The notes: generated from the letters alone by a model not told the origin. Positions 19,754 through 31,959 are shown, numbered from the whole stretch's first letter. The stretch: DNA of 61,076 nucleotides, filler included, from 7 parts of 7 records of this genome joined end to end with filler, not necessarily neighbours in it; one strand, 5' to 3'. A program made the numbers and translations.

Positions 19754-20206
19754 CTAGGAATAAGTGATGCTGCCGTCGTCTTCCAATTCACGGGCGGTAA
19801 TGGCGATGCGTCCAACGGCCTTGCCCAGCATTTCGTCCGCGACGGGTTCCTTGAACTGATAGGCCAGATCCTCGGCAAACATCTTGCGCGATTTTTCGGT
19901 CATGTTTCCGTAGATCTTCGACCTCAGGGCATTGTCCTCTTCGCCATGCTTCAACAGAACCAGAAGGTCGTCGTGCTCGGCCATTCGCAGCAGTTTCTGG
20001 ATACCGATGTCGTTGGCCGCCTTTATTTTCCGGACCAGTTCGTCTGCCCGCTTTTCCGCACTTTTGGCCATTGCCGCTTCGGGGATCAGCACCTTGGTCA
20101 ACTCAAGAAGAAGCGTTTTCGTTTCGGCGCCGTTCAGCGTCACCCGTTTGTCGTCAAACGCGATCGCGATATCGCCTTGTTCGGATTTCGTGACGGCTAT
20201 TTTCAT
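19754..20206 (-). CDS. Protein with a FliG C-terminal-like domain
   Basis: GIQKLLR, KIYGNMTEKSRKMFAEDL, RELEDDGSI. Confidence 0.65.
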   Translation of the reverse strand: MKIAVTKSEQGDIAIAFDDKRVTLNGAETKTLLLELTKVLIPEAAMAKSAEKRADELVRKIKAANDIGIQKLLRMAEHDDLLVLLKHGEEDNALRSKIYGNMTEKSRKMFAEDLAYQFKEPVADEMLGKAVGRIAITARELEDDGSITYS

Positions 20207-20295
20207 CGGCTGCCCCGTCGAATTGGTTGCGGCGTGTGGCCACGAGGCTCGCATACCCGTCGGTGAATGACAACCACAACCGTTAAGATGGCGGC

Positions 20296-20323
20296 TTGAC
20301 GGGCGCTGGAACTGCGGTATGAT
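20296..20323 (+). promoter_or_regulatory. sigma70 promoter
   Basis: TTGACG-16-TATGAT. Confidence 0.6.
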
Positions 20324-20332
20324 CCAACCATT

Positions 20333-20433
20333 ATGAAAAAACGACTACCAGTCCTGATGATTGAGATTCGGCGAATTACAGGCCCGGCCCTCGTTTGAGG
20401 TCCGGGAGGTTCGTCGCCTAATTCAACATCAGG
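20333..20433 (+). promoter_or_regulatory. Leader peptide (MKKRLPVLMIEIRRITGPALV) with a long overlapping hairpin
   Basis: uORF 20333-20398; cctgatg/catcagg closes a long stem that reaches the AGGAAAGGA purine tract. Confidence 0.5.
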
Positions 20434-20450
20434 AAAGGAAGTCGTTTATC

Positions 20451-20750
20451 ATGTCTGCTATGCCCGACCATGGGCCTTCCCAATCGAAAAATACTGCGTG
20501 CTTTTCCGTTCATGCGCCTACGAATCCATCGGTCATGCCGCGCGTGCTTGAAGTATTCACCCGGCGCGGTCTGATTCCGACGGTTTGGCACAGCACCCTT
20601 TGCGGTGCCGAGAAAGAGGAAATCCAGATCGACGTTCAAGTCGCCGACGTCGACGATCCGATGGCCGAGCGCTTGGCCCAATTGCTGCGTGTTCTGCCTT
20701 GCGTCGGATGCGTGCTGACCTCGGATAAACGGCAGTCCATTGCCGCCTGA
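20451..20750 (+). CDS. Small ACT-domain protein
   Basis: FSVHA..PSVMPRVLEVFTRRGLIP, resembling IlvM-type ACT domains. Confidence 0.7.
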   Translation: MSAMPDHGPSQSKNTACFSVHAPTNPSVMPRVLEVFTRRGLIPTVWHSTLCGAEKEEIQIDVQVADVDDPMAERLAQLLRVLPCVGCVLTSDKRQSIAA

Positions 20751-20771
20751 TCCGGCACACGGTATGCGGAT

Positions 20772-21653
20772 TTGAGCTATCTCGATCGCATTGCGGAATG
20801 TTCGGCCTATGAGCCGGCCAACTATGTGCCGTTCGTTGTCGCCGATCAGCCGGTTGGGGCAATTGCCAATAGCGTCGCACCGGAACTGACGGTGTATCCA
20901 AAGGTATTCTCGGTTCGCGCCGATGGCGTTTGGCTGCATTCGAATCTGTTGGATTTCGACGCCCGCACCGAGGCCGTGCACGGCGCCTTGCTTGACTTGC
21001 GTGAACGCGGCCATGTCCCAAGATGGTGCGATGAGGCGTTCCCGGTCGGTGTTTCGTTTTCGGCGCCGCCCCTGTTTCAGATCGAGCGGGGGGCGGTGGC
21101 GCTATTTGGCGTTCACGCCTACGGCGTTCACCTGAACGGCTACGTCCGCAATGGCGATGAAATCCACATGTGGATCGCCCGGCGCAGTCTTGATCGCGAG
21201 ATGGACCCCGGAAAGCTCGACCAAATCGTTGCCGGCGGGCAACCGGCCGGCCTTTCCTTGCGCAAAAACCTGATCAAGGAGTGCGCCGAGGAAGCGGCGA
21301 TTCCCGAATCCCTGGCCAACAGGGCAACAGGCGTCAGCGCCGTTTCCTATTGTTTTGAAAGGCCCGAGGGCATCAGGCGCGACGTCGAGTTCGTCTACGA
21401 TCTCGTACTGCCGAAGGATTTCACGCCGAAAAACACCGACGGCGAGGTCGCAGCATTCGAGCTTTGGCCCATCGAAAAAGTCGCCCAGGCGGTCCGGGAA
21501 ACCACCGCGTTCAAATTTAATTGCAGCCTGGTTATCATCGATTTCCTGATCCGCCACGGTTTCATCGAACCGGACCATCCCGAGTATACCGATCTGATCC
21601 ATGGGCTTCGGTCCGGCCAACACGTTCCCGGACTATCGATCGGTCGCGCCTGA
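20772..21653 (+). CDS. DUF4743 + Nudix hydrolase
   Basis: FGVHAYGVHLNGY, LDQIVAGG, KECAEEA, DGEVAAF, FKFNCSLV. Confidence 0.88.
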   Translation: MSYLDRIAECSAYEPANYVPFVVADQPVGAIANSVAPELTVYPKVFSVRADGVWLHSNLLDFDARTEAVHGALLDLRERGHVPRWCDEAFPVGVSFSAPPLFQIERGAVALFGVHAYGVHLNGYVRNGDEIHMWIARRSLDREMDPGKLDQIVAGGQPAGLSLRKNLIKECAEEAAIPESLANRATGVSAVSYCFERPEGIRRDVEFVYDLVLPKDFTPKNTDGEVAAFELWPIEKVAQAVRETTAFKFNCSLVIIDFLIRHGFIEPDHPEYTDLIHGLRSGQHVPGLSIGRA

Positions 21654-22526
21654 ACTTTCGGGCGTGGCCATCCGCCGCACCGATTCGGGCGTATTCCCAG
21701 CCTCGCGGAGGGCCCGAATGGTCAGCGACCTGTCCCTTTTGGCGTATCGTTTGCCGTCGGCACCAACCAGCAGCGGATGGTGATGATAGGACGGTTCGTC
21801 CAAACCCAGCAGGGCCTGAAGCAATCGGTGCACATGGGTGGCTTCGAACAAATCCGTTCCCCGCGTCACCAGTGAAATGCCCTGTAGGTGATCGTCCAGC
21901 GTCACCGCCAAATGATAACTGGTCGGCGTATCCTTGCGGGCTAGGACGACATCCCCGAAAACCTCGGGCGTTGCGGTAATCCTCCCCTTTTCCCGGTCGT
22001 GCCAGGAAAGAGGGCCGGCGTGCGCGATCGCGGCTGCCATATCCAGGCGAAGGGCATAGGGCGTGCCCGATTGCATTTTGCTGGCACGCTCCGCTTGCTT
22101 CAGGTTCTGGCAGGTTCCCGGATAGACGGGCCCGTCGGGGCCGTGCGGGGCGTTGGCGGCGCCGGCGATCTCGCGCTGAATATCCTTGCGGGTGCAAAAA
22201 CAGGGATACAGCAAATCCAGTGTGGTCAGCTTCTCCAGGACTTCGGCGTAGTCGTCCATATGATCGCTCTGCCGTCGGACCGGTTGTTCCCACGACATTC
22301 CCAACCATTCGAGGTCTTCGTAAATGGCGTCTTCAAACTCGGGCCGGCAACGGGTGCCATCGATGTCCTCGATGCGAAGGATAAAACGACCACCCTGCGC
22401 GTTTGCCTGTTCGGCGGCAAACAGCGCCGAATAGGCATGGCCCAGGTGCAAATACCCGGTTGGGCTGGGCGCAAAACGCGTCACTACCGCTTTGCCCGTA
22501 TTGTTTGGTCCGGTCGATTCAGTCAT
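21633..22526 (-). CDS. gluQ: tRNA glutamyl-Q(34) synthetase
   Basis: RFAPSPTGYLHLGH, RIEDID, CFCTR, RGTDL, KRYAKR; no anticodon-binding domain. Confidence 0.9.
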   Translation of the reverse strand: MTESTGPNNTGKAVVTRFAPSPTGYLHLGHAYSALFAAEQANAQGGRFILRIEDIDGTRCRPEFEDAIYEDLEWLGMSWEQPVRRQSDHMDDYAEVLEKLTTLDLLYPCFCTRKDIQREIAGAANAPHGPDGPVYPGTCQNLKQAERASKMQSGTPYALRLDMAAAIAHAGPLSWHDREKGRITATPEVFGDVVLARKDTPTSYHLAVTLDDHLQGISLVTRGTDLFEATHVHRLLQALLGLDEPSYHHHPLLVGADGKRYAKRDRSLTIRALREAGNTPESVRRMATPESSGATDR

Positions 22527-22598
22527 GGCGTGACAATAACACGTTCGTTCGGGTAGGACTGATCGGCAAGGCAATTATTGGACCGGGAACAAACCGAA

Positions 22599-23276
22599 AT
22601 GGCAGATCAACAAATGCTCAGCGGACCGGAGCTGGCGCCGGCTTCCGGCGGCGCACCGAAACAGCTTGTCATCTTTCTTCACGGCGTTGGGGCCGACGGC
22701 AACGACCTGATCGGCCTGGCGCCGCTTTTCCAGCAGATCCTTCCCGATGCCCGGTTCGTTTCCCCGAACGCGCCGTATCCATTCGACATGGCGCCGTTCG
22801 GCTACCAATGGTTCAGCCTGCAGGACTTCACCGAGGAAGCCCGCCTTGCGGGCGCCCAGCGGGCGGCACCCATCCTCAACGATTTTATCGATGCCGAACT
22901 CGCCAAGGACGGTCTCACCGAATCCGATCTTGCCCTGATCGGTTTTTCGCAAGGGGCCATGATGTCGTTGCATGTGGGGGTGCGGCGAGCGCGTCAACTG
23001 GCGGCGATCGTTAGCTATTCGGGCCTGCTGGTCGGCAAGGATCTGATGGAAGAGGAAATGCAATCGAAGCCGCCGATCCTGCTGACCCACGGCACCGTCG
23101 ATCCGGTTCTTCCCTTTGCCTTCCTTGACCAGGCACAACAGGGCCTGACCGAGTTGGGACTGATCGTCGAAGCCCATCCGCGCCCCGGTCTGCCCCACGG
23201 AATCGACGAGGAATGCATCCGGCTCGGTCAGGCGTTCCTGCTGCGTGCCTTCGGAATGGCCGGAGAAGATACCTGA
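22599..23276 (+). CDS. Phospholipase/carboxylesterase (alpha/beta hydrolase)
   Basis: LHGVGADG, GFSQG, HGTVDPV, HGI. Confidence 0.9.
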   Translation: MADQQMLSGPELAPASGGAPKQLVIFLHGVGADGNDLIGLAPLFQQILPDARFVSPNAPYPFDMAPFGYQWFSLQDFTEEARLAGAQRAAPILNDFIDAELAKDGLTESDLALIGFSQGAMMSLHVGVRRARQLAAIVSYSGLLVGKDLMEEEMQSKPPILLTHGTVDPVLPFAFLDQAQQGLTELGLIVEAHPRPGLPHGIDEECIRLGQAFLLRAFGMAGEDT

Positions 23277-23440
23277 TCGCCAATAATTCCGGACCCAAAA
23301 GCCGTCAATAGGGTTCCGGATACCCAAAAATCCAAACCTAAAAACGATGGTGCCGATGTAACGAAAAGTTAATTGCGCGGGCATTTGGCATTGTCCACAA
23401 CATGTAGTATCCTGCGCGCAACCAGGAGGGAGAGCACACG

Positions 23441-24004
23441 GTGTCGGTTGCGCTTGAAAACTTTCCGGCCCTCGTCCTCAACACCGATTTCCGGCCGTTG
23501 AGCTACTTTCCCTTGTCTCTTTGGTCCTGGCAGAACTCGGTAAAGGCCGTGTTCATGGACCGGGTCAACGTCATTTCCGAATACGAGCGCTGCATTCATT
23601 CGCCAAGCTGGGAGATGCGTCTTCCCAGTGTGATTGCGCTGAAGGATTACGTGCCACTTTCCCGGCGGCCGGCCTTCACGCGGTTCAATGTCTTTTTGCG
23701 CGACCGGTTCAGCTGTCAGTATTGCGGACAGCGGTTCCCGACCGAACGTTTGACGTTTGATCATGTAATTCCGCGCAGCCGCGGCGGACGTACCCTTTGG
23801 GACAACGTCGTGACGGCGTGCGAACCGTGCAATCTGCGCAAAGGCAACAGAATGCCGGAAAGGTCCGGCATTTTTCCAATCCGAAGACCGTCCGAGCCGG
23901 GTGCCTACGAGCTTCAGCAGAATGGACGGTCCTTCCCGCCAAACTATCTTCATGAAAGTTGGCGGGACTTTTTATACTGGGATGCGGAACTGGATTCCGC
24001 CTAG
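23441..24004 (+). CDS. HNH endonuclease (McrA-like, conserved alphaproteobacterial type)
   Basis: FTRFNVFLRDRFSCQYCG, TFDHVIPRSRGG, CEPCNLRKG. Confidence 0.92.
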   Translation: MSVALENFPALVLNTDFRPLSYFPLSLWSWQNSVKAVFMDRVNVISEYERCIHSPSWEMRLPSVIALKDYVPLSRRPAFTRFNVFLRDRFSCQYCGQRFPTERLTFDHVIPRSRGGRTLWDNVVTACEPCNLRKGNRMPERSGIFPIRRPSEPGAYELQQNGRSFPPNYLHESWRDFLYWDAELDSA

Positions 24005-24184
24005 GCCGGAGTCGATCCCAGATCTTCCGATCTGCTCTCGTTCCTTGTGTTTGCGGTTGTCGAATTGACATCCGTTGGCCTGTGGGTATACTCCGCCGCC
24101 TTATTCCCGAGAACGCGGGCCGCTTGGCCACGCCCGAAATGGGCCTATCGGGACATCAACAACCGGAAAACGGATCACACAGTT

Positions 24185-24476
24185 ATGAGCAAGCGTATTC
24201 AGTCGAAGTACAAGATCAACCGACGTTTCGGCGTCAATCTTTGGGGCCGGCCGAAAAGCCCCGTCAACACCCGAGATTATCGCCCCGGCGAACATGGCCA
24301 GCGACGCGGCCGTAAGCCTTCCGATTTCGGCTTGCAGCTCGCGGCCAAGCAGAAGCTGAAGGGCTACTACGGCAATATCAGCGAGCGCCAGTTCCGCCGC
24401 TACTACGATGAAGCCGTCCGTCGCAAGGGCGACACGTCCGAAAACCTGATTGGAATTTTGGAACGCCGGCTTGATG
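24185..24476 (+). CDS. rpsD: 30S ribosomal protein S4, truncated
   Basis: [43 protein letters not shown]. Confidence 0.95.
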
Positions 24477-24576
24477 NNNNNNNNNNNNNNNNNNNNNNNN
24501 NNNNNNNNNNNNNNNNNNNNTTAATTAATTAANNNNNNNNNNNNNNNNNNNNNNNNNNNNNNNNNNNNNNNNNNNN
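24477..24576. other. Artificial contig linker
   Basis: N44-TTAATTAATTAA-N44. Confidence 0.98.
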
Positions 24577-24769
24577 ATCCGTCTATGCCGGGCATCATGA
24601 TATCCATAAGAATAATATCCGGAGGCTCTTCCTCAATAACTTCCAGGGCTGATTCGCCGTCCATGGCCACACTGACCAGATAATCGTCACCAAGGGCATC
24701 CAATAGGATATCCACATTGGTTTCAACATCATCTACAACAAGAACGCGCATTTGGGATAAGTCAGTCAT
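24577..24769 (-). CDS. Response regulator, N-terminal part
   Basis: VLVVDD, PDIILMDIMMPG. Confidence 0.9.
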
Positions 24770-24772
24770 AAT

Positions 24773-27700
24773 TTATCCTATATTCTCCAGTTTTACGATA
24801 ACTTTTTCAAGGATTTCTGCCGCCGGTTTGAATTGGTACCTGGAAATCAGGCGACCTAACTCTGTTATATCAGACTCTATATGCTTTGGCCATGCCAGGG
24901 TGGTCATCTTTTTTATTCGTTCCTTTGCCGGTTTTGCCTCCCGTTTTTTTACGAACGGGGCAAGGTCATTCAACATCAAGACCAGCTCTTTTTCGGATTT
25001 AATTTCGAGAATTTTCGGAACTGAGGGGGCTTTTACAACTGATCCTGTAAGTTGATCCACCGAAGACAAGACAAGGGGCAACGCCTGGGAAAACAGTGTT
25101 ATCAGGGTGTCGTATTCAGATTGTGCCTTGTCACGGAAGGCTGTTTCCAGGTTGGCTGCTGCCTTTTGCAGGTCTGTCATGCCGATATTGCCGGCCACAC
25201 CTTTGATGGAGTGGGCCAGGCGCCGGGCATCCTCATCCTGCTTCTTTTCAATGAGATCCCTTAAATCCTTGTCCGCGTGTGCATAACTTTGTTTGAATTT
25301 ATCCAGCAGGCCTATATATAGCCTCTCATTTTGATCCAGACGGGAGAGGGCTTGCTTTACTGATATTCCCGGGACGTCGCCCAAGGCGCTTTTTTTGTCT
25401 GATTTTTTGTCAAAGCCCTTTGGCAGGGCTCTGTCTCCAGGCTTGATCCACCGGGAAAGGGCCTGGAACAGCTCTTTTAAATCAATGGGTTTGCTCACAT
25501 GGGAATTCATGCCCGCTGCCAAGGCCTTTGCCCGGTCCCGGGGCATGGCAGAGGCCGTCATGGCTACAATGGGCAGATCCTCGGCTGTTTTGTGCCGCCT
25601 TATTTCACGGGTCGCCTGGTACCCGTCCATCACCGGCATTTGAAGGTCCATGAGGACCAGGTCAAAATTCTGGGACAGTGACATGGAAAGAGCCTCTTTC
25701 CCATTATTTGCAATCCGGACGAAAAAACCGGCACCTTCCAGAATTTCCCGTGCAACCTGCTGGTTGATGTCGTGGTCTTCCACCAGAAGAATGTTGGCCC
25801 CCAGAATGGTTCTGGGAAGTTTTTGTTCCTCAATCGTTTGGCTGGGCAGCAGTTTGCCGCGGCCAAAAGCGCTGAGCAGGCTGTTAAAAAGCTGCGAGGC
25901 GGTGGTGGGTTTGACAATAATACCTTCAATTGCCATCTCCTTTGCCCGGGAACGCACCTGCTCATCTTCCCTGGCGCAGGCCAGGATGATTTTAGGCCGG
26001 CGGTTGGCCGACGTAATCCTCTGGATTTCCCGTATGGTTTCAAAACCGTCCAGGTCAGGCATCTGAAGGTCAACCAGAACAAGTTCATAGGGCTGTTCCG
26101 CCGCAGTTATTATAGAAAGGCCATCTTTTCCGGACTCTGCATCCCGGGCGGTGATGGAAAAATTGTTGAGCATCTGCATAAAGATCTGCCGGGATGCAGG
26201 GTTATCATCAATGACCAGTACCCTGATCCCTGCCACGGCATCATCTAATTCAGGCAGCCTAGGTGTCTCATTGTGACCGATTCCCATGGGCACGGTAAAG
26301 GAGAAGGCACTTCCCTTGCCGGGGGTACTTTCGAGAAATATTTCGCCGCCCATCATCTCGACAATCCGTTTTGAAATGGCAAGGCCCAATCCTGTGCCCC
26401 CGTACTTTCGGGTTGTGGAAGAATCGGCCTGGGTGAAGGCTTTAAATAGTTTTTTCTGCTGTTTGGGTGTCATGCCGATTCCGCTGTCCATAACGCAGAA
26501 ATTTAAGACCATCCGGTCTTTTTGCATCCTAAGCATATCCACCGACACAATGATGTGGCCTTTGTCAGTGAATTTTACTGCATTATTGCCAAGGTTGACC
26601 AGGACCTGATTCAGCCTTAAAGGGTCGCCTTTCAGGGCGTTTGGGATTTGGGGATCCATCCTGAACAATACCTCCAGGTCTTTTTTGGCCGCGGCTTTAA
26701 CCGTGATCAGACCGGCAAGTTTTTCCATGGTTTCATTCAGGCTGAACGCCACAACTTCCATGTCCATCTTGCCGGCTTCAATCTTTGAAAAATCCAGGAT
26801 ATCGTTGATCAGGTTCAGCAGGGATTTGGCAGATGAATCAATTTTGGTCGCATAATCCATCTGTCTTGTATCCAGGCTGGTCTGCATAATCAAATGGGTC
26901 ATGCCGAGGATCGCATTCATGGGGGTACGGATTTCATGGCTCATATTGGCCAGAAATTCACTTTTTGCCTGGTCTGCTGCCATGGCTTTCTGCTTTTCTT
27001 CCTGGGCCTGGGCCACGGCCACGGCCAATTCTTTGTGACTCTCCCTCAAAGAGGCTTCCGCCTTTTTAAGTTTATTGTTGGAAAAAAGAATAATGCCCAG
27101 GATGGTACATGAGACAAGGGTCATTCCCAGAATCCATTTCCACAGAAGGGTCCAGTTGATTTTATGCTCAAACTGCATGCGGACCCATTCATCCCGTATT
27201 TTGTTTTTTTCAGATTCCGGCATGTTCTCCAAAATTTTGTCAAGGATGGAGACCAGCTGGGGCCAATCCTTTCTTACCCCCATGGAGAGCTCAAATTTGT
27301 AGGGGGTCACAGCGGAAATTTTGATGTTGACCAGTCCTGTTTGCTTGGCGCAATAGGTAATGGAGGCAAGGTTTCCCACAAATACATCTGCCCTGTTCTG
27401 GCTGACCCGCTTGAGACCCTCGGTCACTGATTCAACGGATGAAAGTGTAAGATTTTGAAAATTTTTTTTAAGAATTTCCTGGGATACATAGCCATCCACC
27501 ACGGCAATTGTTTTGCCTTCCAGATCTTCAAGTCCGCTGATAAAGGGAAAATTCGTTCCGGCGGCAATGACCATGGGAAAAGATAGATATGGCTTGGTGA
27601 AATTAAGAAATTGTGCCCGCTTGGGACTGGGGGTAATGCAGGGAAACAGGTCAATCTCTTTTTGCCGCCCCTTGCCTAACGCCTGTTGCCAGGTCAGGCC

Positions 27701-30094
27701 GGCCTGGGGTTGCAGGGAGATATTGAGCCGTTTTTCAAAATTTTTGATATATTCGGAGGCCAGCCCTGAATACCCGGATTCCTTGGAATAGAATTCAAAT
27801 GGCGGCCAGGCCGGATCAATCCCCAGTCTTACAACGGAATGGGATTTGAGCCATTGCTTTTCATTGTGTGAAAATAAAGACTGGATTTTCCAGTCTGCAT
27901 CCTCCGGGTCTTCCATCCAGTTCTGGTTGATCAGGCGGTGGGATTCCTGGGAGATATTTTCAATGGCTTTGTTAATGGACGAGACCAGAAGGGGCCAGTC
28001 CTTGCGGATACCAAGGCATAGTCTGGATTCCGGCCAGGGAGCCGGTGCGGCGACTTTGAGCGTATCAATACCCTTTTCATTCAACAGATATTTAATCACC
28101 ATGAGATTTCCGGCATAGGCATGGGTTTCCCCATTCATTACACTCTCAAGGGCTTTGATCGTATTTTTAACCGGTTTGATAATTATTTCAGGATATTGTC
28201 TTTTCAACCTGGACTGTAGAAAATAGCCCTTTTCAATGGCCAGGATTTTTCCGGCCAGATTTTCTATGCCGGAAATGGTCGGTGCCTGTTTTTTAGTCAC
28301 AATGACATAGGGGCAGACAAAATAGGGCGTGCTGAATGACAGCCACTGCTCCCGTTCCTTTTCTTTGACAATACAGGTAATGCCGTTTGCCTTACCCGCT
28401 TTTACCAGGGCTGTCATCTGGTTCCAGGTATAGTCGCTGATGACTTCAAACCGGATGCCCAGCCGGCGTCCGATCAGATTGATATAGTCGGCGCCTACCC
28501 CTTTATACCTGCCGGTTGGATCTGCAAAGCCAATGGGCGGCCAGCTGGCGTCGCCTAAAAGCGGGATCACCTGGTGGGATTTGAGCCAGGTTTTTTCTTC
28601 CGAGGTCAGGATATTGGCCGTGGCGTTGTCCCCAAACCGTCTCAGGGAAGGATCTTTGATCCAGCGCGCTTCGATATCAGCCAGTTCAACATCGGACATG
28701 GCAGCAAGACCTTTGTTCACCGTCTCTAAAAGCGTTGGATTGTTTTTTGCCACTCCCGCATAAATGGACTGGGTCATTTTTCCCTGGTTCAGAAGACCGT
28801 ATGCGCCCTGTTCTCCCCTTCGTTCAAGCTGGGCCGAGACATGGGGCAGTTCTGCAAAAAAAATGTCAAAGGCGCCCAGGGATGCCTCCAAAAGCAGATC
28901 TTGCTCTGTGGGCTGCACCAGAAAAGCTTTGTCGTTTGCCTGTAGATGGTTTGACACGATGGTGTCGGCATTTGTTCCGACAAGGTGTCCCTGTATATCG
29001 GCCAGTGTTTTGGGTGAATTCGGTCCTCGTTTATAAAAGAAGCCGCTTTCCATCCGGTAAAAGGGTTGGGAGAATTCAATGGTGTTTTCCCGCTCCTGGG
29101 ATTTGTACAGCCCTGAATGGATATCAGCCCTCCCGTCTCCAACGGCTTTTATGGATTCTTCCCGGTTGAAAAATCTAAAGTTTATTTTTCTTCCGGTCTT
29201 GGCCGCCCACAACCGCCATACATCCACCAGCATGCCGGACGGATGGCCTGCAGCGCTGATCATGGACATGGGTGGGTACTCATTGCAGCAGGAGATGGTT
29301 AATATATCGGTTTCCAGGTCCTGGGACCTGCCGGTCCATTTACGAATAATTGTGGCTTTGTCTGCCTGGGGGATGGCCTGCATCCCGTTTCGTATAATTT
29401 CGGCCAGGGCGTTATTCCCCCTGCGCACAGCGCAAAGCCAGTCCCCTTCGTAAAGCGGCTCCTGGTCAAAATACCGGTATTGGTTCAATATCCCCTTTTG
29501 TTTGAGGATGGCCAAAGCGATATTGGTATCTTTGACAAATGCAAGAATATCGCCGGACTTAACAGCGTCAAACAGGGACTGGTTATCCGGATATACAGCC
29601 AGTGCGGCATCGGGGATTTTTTGTTTCAGGTAATCAATGGCGGCATCACCCTTAATGATGCCAATGCGAAAGCCCCGCAGATCCCCCAGCCGGTTTACGC
29701 CCAGGATATTTTTTTTAACAAAAAAATGGGTTCTGACATGAACCACTGGCGCTATGAAATCAAGGGTTTTACTTCTTTCCCGGCTGAAAAAACATCCGGC
29801 ATGGACATCGGCATCTCCGTTTTGTACGGCGATAAGGGTCTGGTAAAAGGGGAAAGGTTTGAAAACGACTTTTATTCCGGTTTGCCTGGCCCAATTATGC
29901 CAGATATCCACCACCAGCCCAGCAGGGTTCTTCTTCTGATCCAGGAAATAATAGGGGGTGCTGTCCGTGCCCACAGCCACGACAACCTGTTTGGGGAGAG
30001 AGGCAGCCAAACAGAAGTTTGACGCAAAAAAACAGAATACGAATAAGATGATTAAAATATATTTTAATCCGGCAATGTATCTATTCCAGTGCAT
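24773..30094 (-). CDS. BvgS/EvgS-like hybrid sensor kinase: 4 VFT (SBP family 3) domains, HisKA, HATPase, 2 REC, Hpt
   Basis: Four PP/PY-initiated SBP repeats; [24 protein letters not shown] twice; AHSIKG. Confidence 0.92.
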   Translation of the reverse strand: MHWNRYIAGLKYILIILFVFCFFASNFCLAASLPKQVVVAVGTDSTPYYFLDQKKNPAGLVVDIWHNWARQTGIKVVFKPFPFYQTLIAVQNGDADVHAGCFFSRERSKTLDFIAPVVHVRTHFFVKKNILGVNRLGDLRGFRIGIIKGDAAIDYLKQKIPDAALAVYPDNQSLFDAVKSGDILAFVKDTNIALAILKQKGILNQYRYFDQEPLYEGDWLCAVRRGNNALAEIIRNGMQAIPQADKATIIRKWTGRSQDLETDILTISCCNEYPPMSMISAAGHPSGMLVDVWRLWAAKTGRKINFRFFNREESIKAVGDGRADIHSGLYKSQERENTIEFSQPFYRMESGFFYKRGPNSPKTLADIQGHLVGTNADTIVSNHLQANDKAFLVQPTEQDLLLEASLGAFDIFFAELPHVSAQLERRGEQGAYGLLNQGKMTQSIYAGVAKNNPTLLETVNKGLAAMSDVELADIEARWIKDPSLRRFGDNATANILTSEEKTWLKSHQVIPLLGDASWPPIGFADPTGRYKGVGADYINLIGRRLGIRFEVISDYTWNQMTALVKAGKANGITCIVKEKEREQWLSFSTPYFVCPYVIVTKKQAPTISGIENLAGKILAIEKGYFLQSRLKRQYPEIIIKPVKNTIKALESVMNGETHAYAGNLMVIKYLLNEKGIDTLKVAAPAPWPESRLCLGIRKDWPLLVSSINKAIENISQESHRLINQNWMEDPEDADWKIQSLFSHNEKQWLKSHSVVRLGIDPAWPPFEFYSKESGYSGLASEYIKNFEKRLNISLQPQAGLTWQQALGKGRQKEIDLFPCITPSPKRAQFLNFTKPYLSFPMVIAAGTNFPFISGLEDLEGKTIAVVDGYVSQEILKKNFQNLTLSSVESVTEGLKRVSQNRADVFVGNLASITYCAKQTGLVNIKISAVTPYKFELSMGVRKDWPQLVSILDKILENMPESEKNKIRDEWVRMQFEHKINWTLLWKWILGMTLVSCTILGIILFSNNKLKKAEASLRESHKELAVAVAQAQEEKQKAMAADQAKSEFLANMSHEIRTPMNAILGMTHLIMQTSLDTRQMDYATKIDSSAKSLLNLINDILDFSKIEAGKMDMEVVAFSLNETMEKLAGLITVKAAAKKDLEVLFRMDPQIPNALKGDPLRLNQVLVNLGNNAVKFTDKGHIIVSVDMLRMQKDRMVLNFCVMDSGIGMTPKQQKKLFKAFTQADSSTTRKYGGTGLGLAISKRIVEMMGGEIFLESTPGKGSAFSFTVPMGIGHNETPRLPELDDAVAGIRVLVIDDNPASRQIFMQMLNNFSITARDAESGKDGLSIITAAEQPYELVLVDLQMPDLDGFETIREIQRITSANRRPKIILACAREDEQVRSRAKEMAIEGIIVKPTTASQLFNSLLSAFGRGKLLPSQTIEEQKLPRTILGANILLVEDHDINQQVAREILEGAGFFVRIANNGKEALSMSLSQNFDLVLMDLQMPVMDGYQATREIRRHKTAEDLPIVAMTASAMPRDRAKALAAGMNSHVSKPIDLKELFQALSRWIKPGDRALPKGFDKKSDKKSALGDVPGISVKQALSRLDQNERLYIGLLDKFKQSYAHADKDLRDLIEKKQDEDARRLAHSIKGVAGNIGMTDLQKAAANLETAFRDKAQSEYDTLITLFSQALPLVLSSVDQLTGSVVKAPSVPKILEIKSEKELVLMLNDLAPFVKKREAKPAKERIKKMTTLAWPKHIESDITELGRLISRYQFKPAAEILEKVIVKLENIG

Positions 30095-30408
30095 TGTCTT
30101 TTTCCAACAGAAACGTAGCTGATGATTTGATGTTTAAATTGTTATTATTGATTTTCGCTATTGGAACGAACTTTATTACGTTAAGTTGGAAAAAGCAAGT
30201 GTCCGTTTAAACGCAACATTGTTACCGTACGAAATATGAAGATGCTCAGGCATCCCGACTATTCCAAAATCAGACAGGCTGGGTAACGGGTTGTTATTAT
30301 CCCTGAAAATGAATACAAAGTTATATTGGGTAAGAAGAGGTAACGATCTGTTTTATTCGTAAACACGGTTGATGTATGCGTAACACAAAAACATGACTGG
30401 GGATTAAC

Positions 30409-31083
30409 ATGCAGCTGGATATTGATTTTGATTCCATTGACCAAATTTTCTCCAACGCCTGGGACCAGGGCCGGGATTTTCTTTTTGAATCCGAGGTATA
30501 CGAACTCCTGGCGAAATCCGGTGCAGAGACCTTTCCCCGGGCTCGGCTGATTGAGCGAGGGGTCCGGATTTCGGATGAAGAGCTTGTGGGCATGCCGGGA
30601 AAGAAAAGCGTATTAAAGATCGTCTCTCCCTATATAATCCATAAAACAGAGGTGGGCGGGGTCCGGGTGGTGGACAAGGATCCAAATAAAATCCGCTCTG
30701 CTGTGCGTCGGATGTTTTACGAGGTGCCGGAAAACTATGCAGCCGGCCTGGCCCGTGCCCAGGAAGGCCTGCCCGCCCATTATCAAGGCCTGACCGGTGA
30801 CGACCTGACAGCTGCTGTTTCCAGGGATATTAGAGGCGTACTCCAGGTGCAGTATATGCCGCCGGATTCTGCAGCCTTTGGCAATGAACTTATTGTTGGG
30901 CTGCGTCACACCCGGGAGTTCGGCGCCATATTATCTGCCGGATTAGGCGGCACAGACACGGAGTTATATGCCAAGCGGTTCAGGAAAGGCCAGGCCATTG
31001 TGGCAGCCTCCCCGGCCATGTGCACCGGAGAGCGTTTTTTTCAATTGTATCGTAAGACCATTTCCTACAGAAAACTTGCCGGT
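30409..31083 (+). CDS. ADP-forming acetate/acyl-CoA ligase (ATP-grasp N-terminus), truncated
   Basis: VLKIVSPYIIHKTEVGGV, ELIVG, FGAILSAGLGG. Confidence 0.8.
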
Positions 31084-31183
31084 NNNNNNNNNNNNNNNNN
31101 NNNNNNNNNNNNNNNNNNNNNNNNNNNTTAATTAATTAANNNNNNNNNNNNNNNNNNNNNNNNNNNNNNNNNNNNNNNNNNNN
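31084..31183. other. Artificial contig linker
   Basis: N44-TTAATTAATTAA-N44. Confidence 0.98.
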
Positions 31184-31959
31184 CCGCCGGCATGGCCCAT
31201 GAGATCAACAACCTGCTGCTGCCGATTTCAACCCTGACCCGAATGACGGTAAAACGCCTGCCCGAGGAAAGCGCCGAGCGGACCAAGCTGGAGAAAGTCC
31301 TGGAAGCGGCCGACCGCGCAGCCGGGATCATCTCCGGCGTGATGGATTTCGCCCGCCAGGATACCGGCAAGCGGACCGAGCTCGATTCCCGCGACGTCAT
31401 CGAAAAATCGATCGCGATCATCCGCTCCATGCTCCCGGCCAACGTCACCTTCGAACGCAAGCTGGCCCGCAACGTCGGAAAGATCGACGTCAATTCCGAA
31501 GGGATCAACGTCGCCTTGTCGAACCTCGTAACCAACGCCATCGATGCGCTGGCCGGCAAGCCGGGCAAATTGCAGGTCTCGCTCCGGCGTCTGCAAAGCG
31601 GCGCCGAGCAGAAATCGGTCGAACTGGGCGACGGGCCGTATGCCCTCATTCACGTCGCCGATAGCGGTTGCGGAATGGATCCCGAAACCGTCGAGCGCGC
31701 CCTCGATCCGTTCTTCACGACGAAGGAGGTCGGCGAGGGGACCGGCCTCGGCCTTTCCGTCGCCAACGGCATCGTCGAGCGTCACGGCGGCGTCATGCAT
31801 ATCGACAGCACGCCCGGCGAAGGCACCGAAATCAGCATCTTCCTGCCGTTGGTCACCGACCAACCGCAGGCCACGAACGTCCCCGAACCGGGGCAACAAT
31901 CCGAAAACGACTTCGTATCTGAACTGGAGAGGAAATATGGCACGAGTACTCGTCATTGA
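31184..31959 (+). CDS. Sensor histidine kinase, C-terminal part
   Basis: AHEINN, NLVTNA, DSGCGM, PFFTTK, GTGLGL. Confidence 0.93.

Noticed and set aside
23358-23372. GTAA-N7-TTAA as a CtrA site
   Set aside because: A single mismatched short motif; insufficient support.
23441-24004. HNH nuclease as a defence or mobile element
   Set aside because: Host-like composition, a widely conserved alphaproteobacterial type, and no methylase, guide RNA or repeats nearby.
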